Shown one piece after another: positions 33,277-35,444 of a stretch of 35,444 nt of DNA. The DNA is from Octopus bimaculoides (lineage: Eukaryota), in assembly GCF_001194135.2 (NCBI RefSeq), contig NC_068984.1:59981138-60016581 (forward strand). Direction: 5' to 3'. The first letter of the stretch is position 1, and each line of letters begins with the position of its first letter. The position numbers were made by a program, and so were the translations under genes. The notes under the pieces are model-generated. The model was not told where the DNA came from and made no database searches. It saw only the letters and a program-made list of their open reading frames with translations.

Positions 33277-33817
33277 TAAGACCAGTTCAGATATGTGTGA
33301 CATATATTTGAACCTGTAAAAACTTTTCACTGCTGTTTGCTATAGAAATAAACAAAAGAAAAAAATTCTCAGTTAAGACAAAAGGTATTTAGACATCATA
33401 GTCAGCACAGAGGTGAATTTTCTTCTCCATGACAGACTGCAGTGAAAAGTCTTTACAGGTCTAAGTATATCTCAAACACATTTGAACTAGCCCTAACTTT
33501 CTATACTTTCCATTGCTGCTTTGTGCATTTTTCTTACATATTTGTTCCAACCTGGCAGGCTGTGCAATCAGTAAATAATATTTAGTGACTTATGATAAAG
33601 GAAGCTTTGCTTGTTAATCAGCGCAGAGTTGCTTCTCTTTGTATCTGGTACTGAGGAGAAGAAAAGAGTTTGAAATGCATCCATAAGTCCAATAGAAGGC
33701 ACTCTGTACTGACTATGATGTTTTTAATACCTCTTGTCAAAAGCAAATTTTTTCTCCATGACAGTCTACAGTGAAAAACTTTTACATACATCTCAAACAT
33801 ATCTGAACTGGTCTTAG
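33277..33817. repeat. Three related ~70-120-bp units: one forward (33277-33347), two inverted (33424-33540, 33750-33860)
   Basis: taagaccagttcagatatgt is identical between the forward unit and the reverse complement of 33797-33816; the forward unit versus 33424-33494 is about 55/71. Confidence 0.85.
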
Positions 33818-34213
33818 GTTTGTATACTATGTCATTGCTTTGCACATCTACTCATGTATTTGTAATATAAATTCAACACTCATATCTTTCTATATCTTTT
33901 GTGTATTATATTTTTATGACATGTTTAGTGTAATACATACATCACACTAAACGTATAAAGATATATTACACCAAATATATTATACATGTGTAGTTTGATT
34001 TCTGATGAGCAAACATCCCATAAAGTGCACTTATTAAAAAAAGAGGGTTGTACATGTCTCTTCCAGGCTATGAATCTAAATAATATATTCTCATCACCTG
34101 CATTATTACTGGGAAAGGTTGGTTGTGTTGTTACTCATTTCATAATAGAATATAGACCGGTTTCAACATATTTACAGATAAGTGTTAACACACAACATCA
34201 CACATCAACTTAC

Positions 34214-34269
34214 TGGAGTGATTCCGAATTTTGGAAGTTCTGTCTTTATGTGCTTCTATTGTAACAAAT
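34214..34269 (-). CDS. Candidate 56-nt exon FVTIEAHKDRTSKIRNHS
   Basis: Long pyrimidine tract ...ctctgctgtctttaagatgtag|A and donor TCCA|GTAAGTT; single open frame, phase 2-1, compatible with 21781-21814. Confidence 0.45.
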
Positions 34270-34447
34270 CTACATCTTAAAGACAGCAGAGAATGAGTTT
34301 CAAAAAATAAGGAAAAAAAAAAAAGAAAAAAAAAAGGAAAATGTATGTTAAATGAAATTATGAGGCTGCTACATTTACTATTGCCATTGATGTTGATGAT
34401 GATGATAACTAAGGAAAAATAAGTGATCGAACTGATACAATATATCT

Positions 34448-34478
<31 letters not shown>

Positions 34479-34769
34479 TATATAAAGTAAAATAGAATTA
34501 ATTCTGGATTCATGTGAGGCTAGAAGAAAGCAGTAATAATGTGCAGTTTAGAAAGAGAATATAGCAAATGATTCTGGAGACTTGAAGAGGAACAAGAACT
34601 AATATATACATATATATATATATATACATATATAAAGTCATCAATAAAGAAATATAAAAAAAATCAATAAATTTGGGTACACTTTATTTCCAACTCCTCA
34701 AAAGAAATTGAGTCTGAACAGAGATGAATGATGGATTGAAATTGAGCTTTAGACATGAATATTAGTTAT

Positions 34770-35102
<333 letters not shown>

Positions 35103-35444
35103 GGCAAATTTCACCATAAAACATTATGGGAGATTTTTAACCATTTTTTTTCCAAAGAAATTTTTTTTTTTAAATGAAAGTAAAAAAAAAGAGTAAAATA
35201 ACTAATAAGTCAAAAGACACATGCATATGCACAATAGGATTATATGACATCCATTTGGAAGTCTAAAAGATAAATGTGGCAGCAGTAATTGGGTAAGAAA
35301 GAACTTAACTTTTTTTGCTGTTGTTGTTGCTTTACTTGGATAATTTTTTTTTCTGACTTTCCAACAAACTGTGTTCGAGAAAGAGCAAAGAAATAGAGAA
35401 AAAAAAAAAAGTTAGCTTGTGGGTGTGTGTGCATGTGTGTGTGT

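Noticed and set aside
33740-33830. C2H2 zinc-finger remnant (DVCKSFS, HGEK)
   Set aside because: Cys/His spacing and the TGEKP linker are not recoverable in one frame.

Overview
AT-rich, repeat-dense eukaryotic draft sequence with two N gaps (8437-8786, 10507-10926). Its SINE, RTE and microsatellite content matches what I recall of octopus (coleoid) genomes; the species is inferred, not proven. Almost all ORFs in the supplied track are artefacts of microsatellites, SINEs or gaps. The window contains: (i) dozens of tRNA-derived SINE copies from at least 4 families; (ii) RTE-clade LINE fragments; (iii) decayed piggyBac and Tc1/mariner transposase relics; (iv) TTAA-flanked and mariner-type MITEs; (v) a 619-bp TIR element with an 8-bp target-site duplication that carries a (TTAGGG)n array; (vi) two Penelope-type minimal hammerhead ribozymes; (vii) a chain of small minus-strand exon candidates (about 12.2-34.3 kb) with strong splice sites. 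Two of these exons (20511-20670, 19326-19429) join in frame into a peptide I cannot assign to a known family. Four local duplications each centre on minus-strand splice-site-like motifs, and one has an inverted partner able to pair over the acceptors. No CRISPR array, rRNA or intact tRNA gene is supported. Repeat boundaries are approximate and were set by eye.
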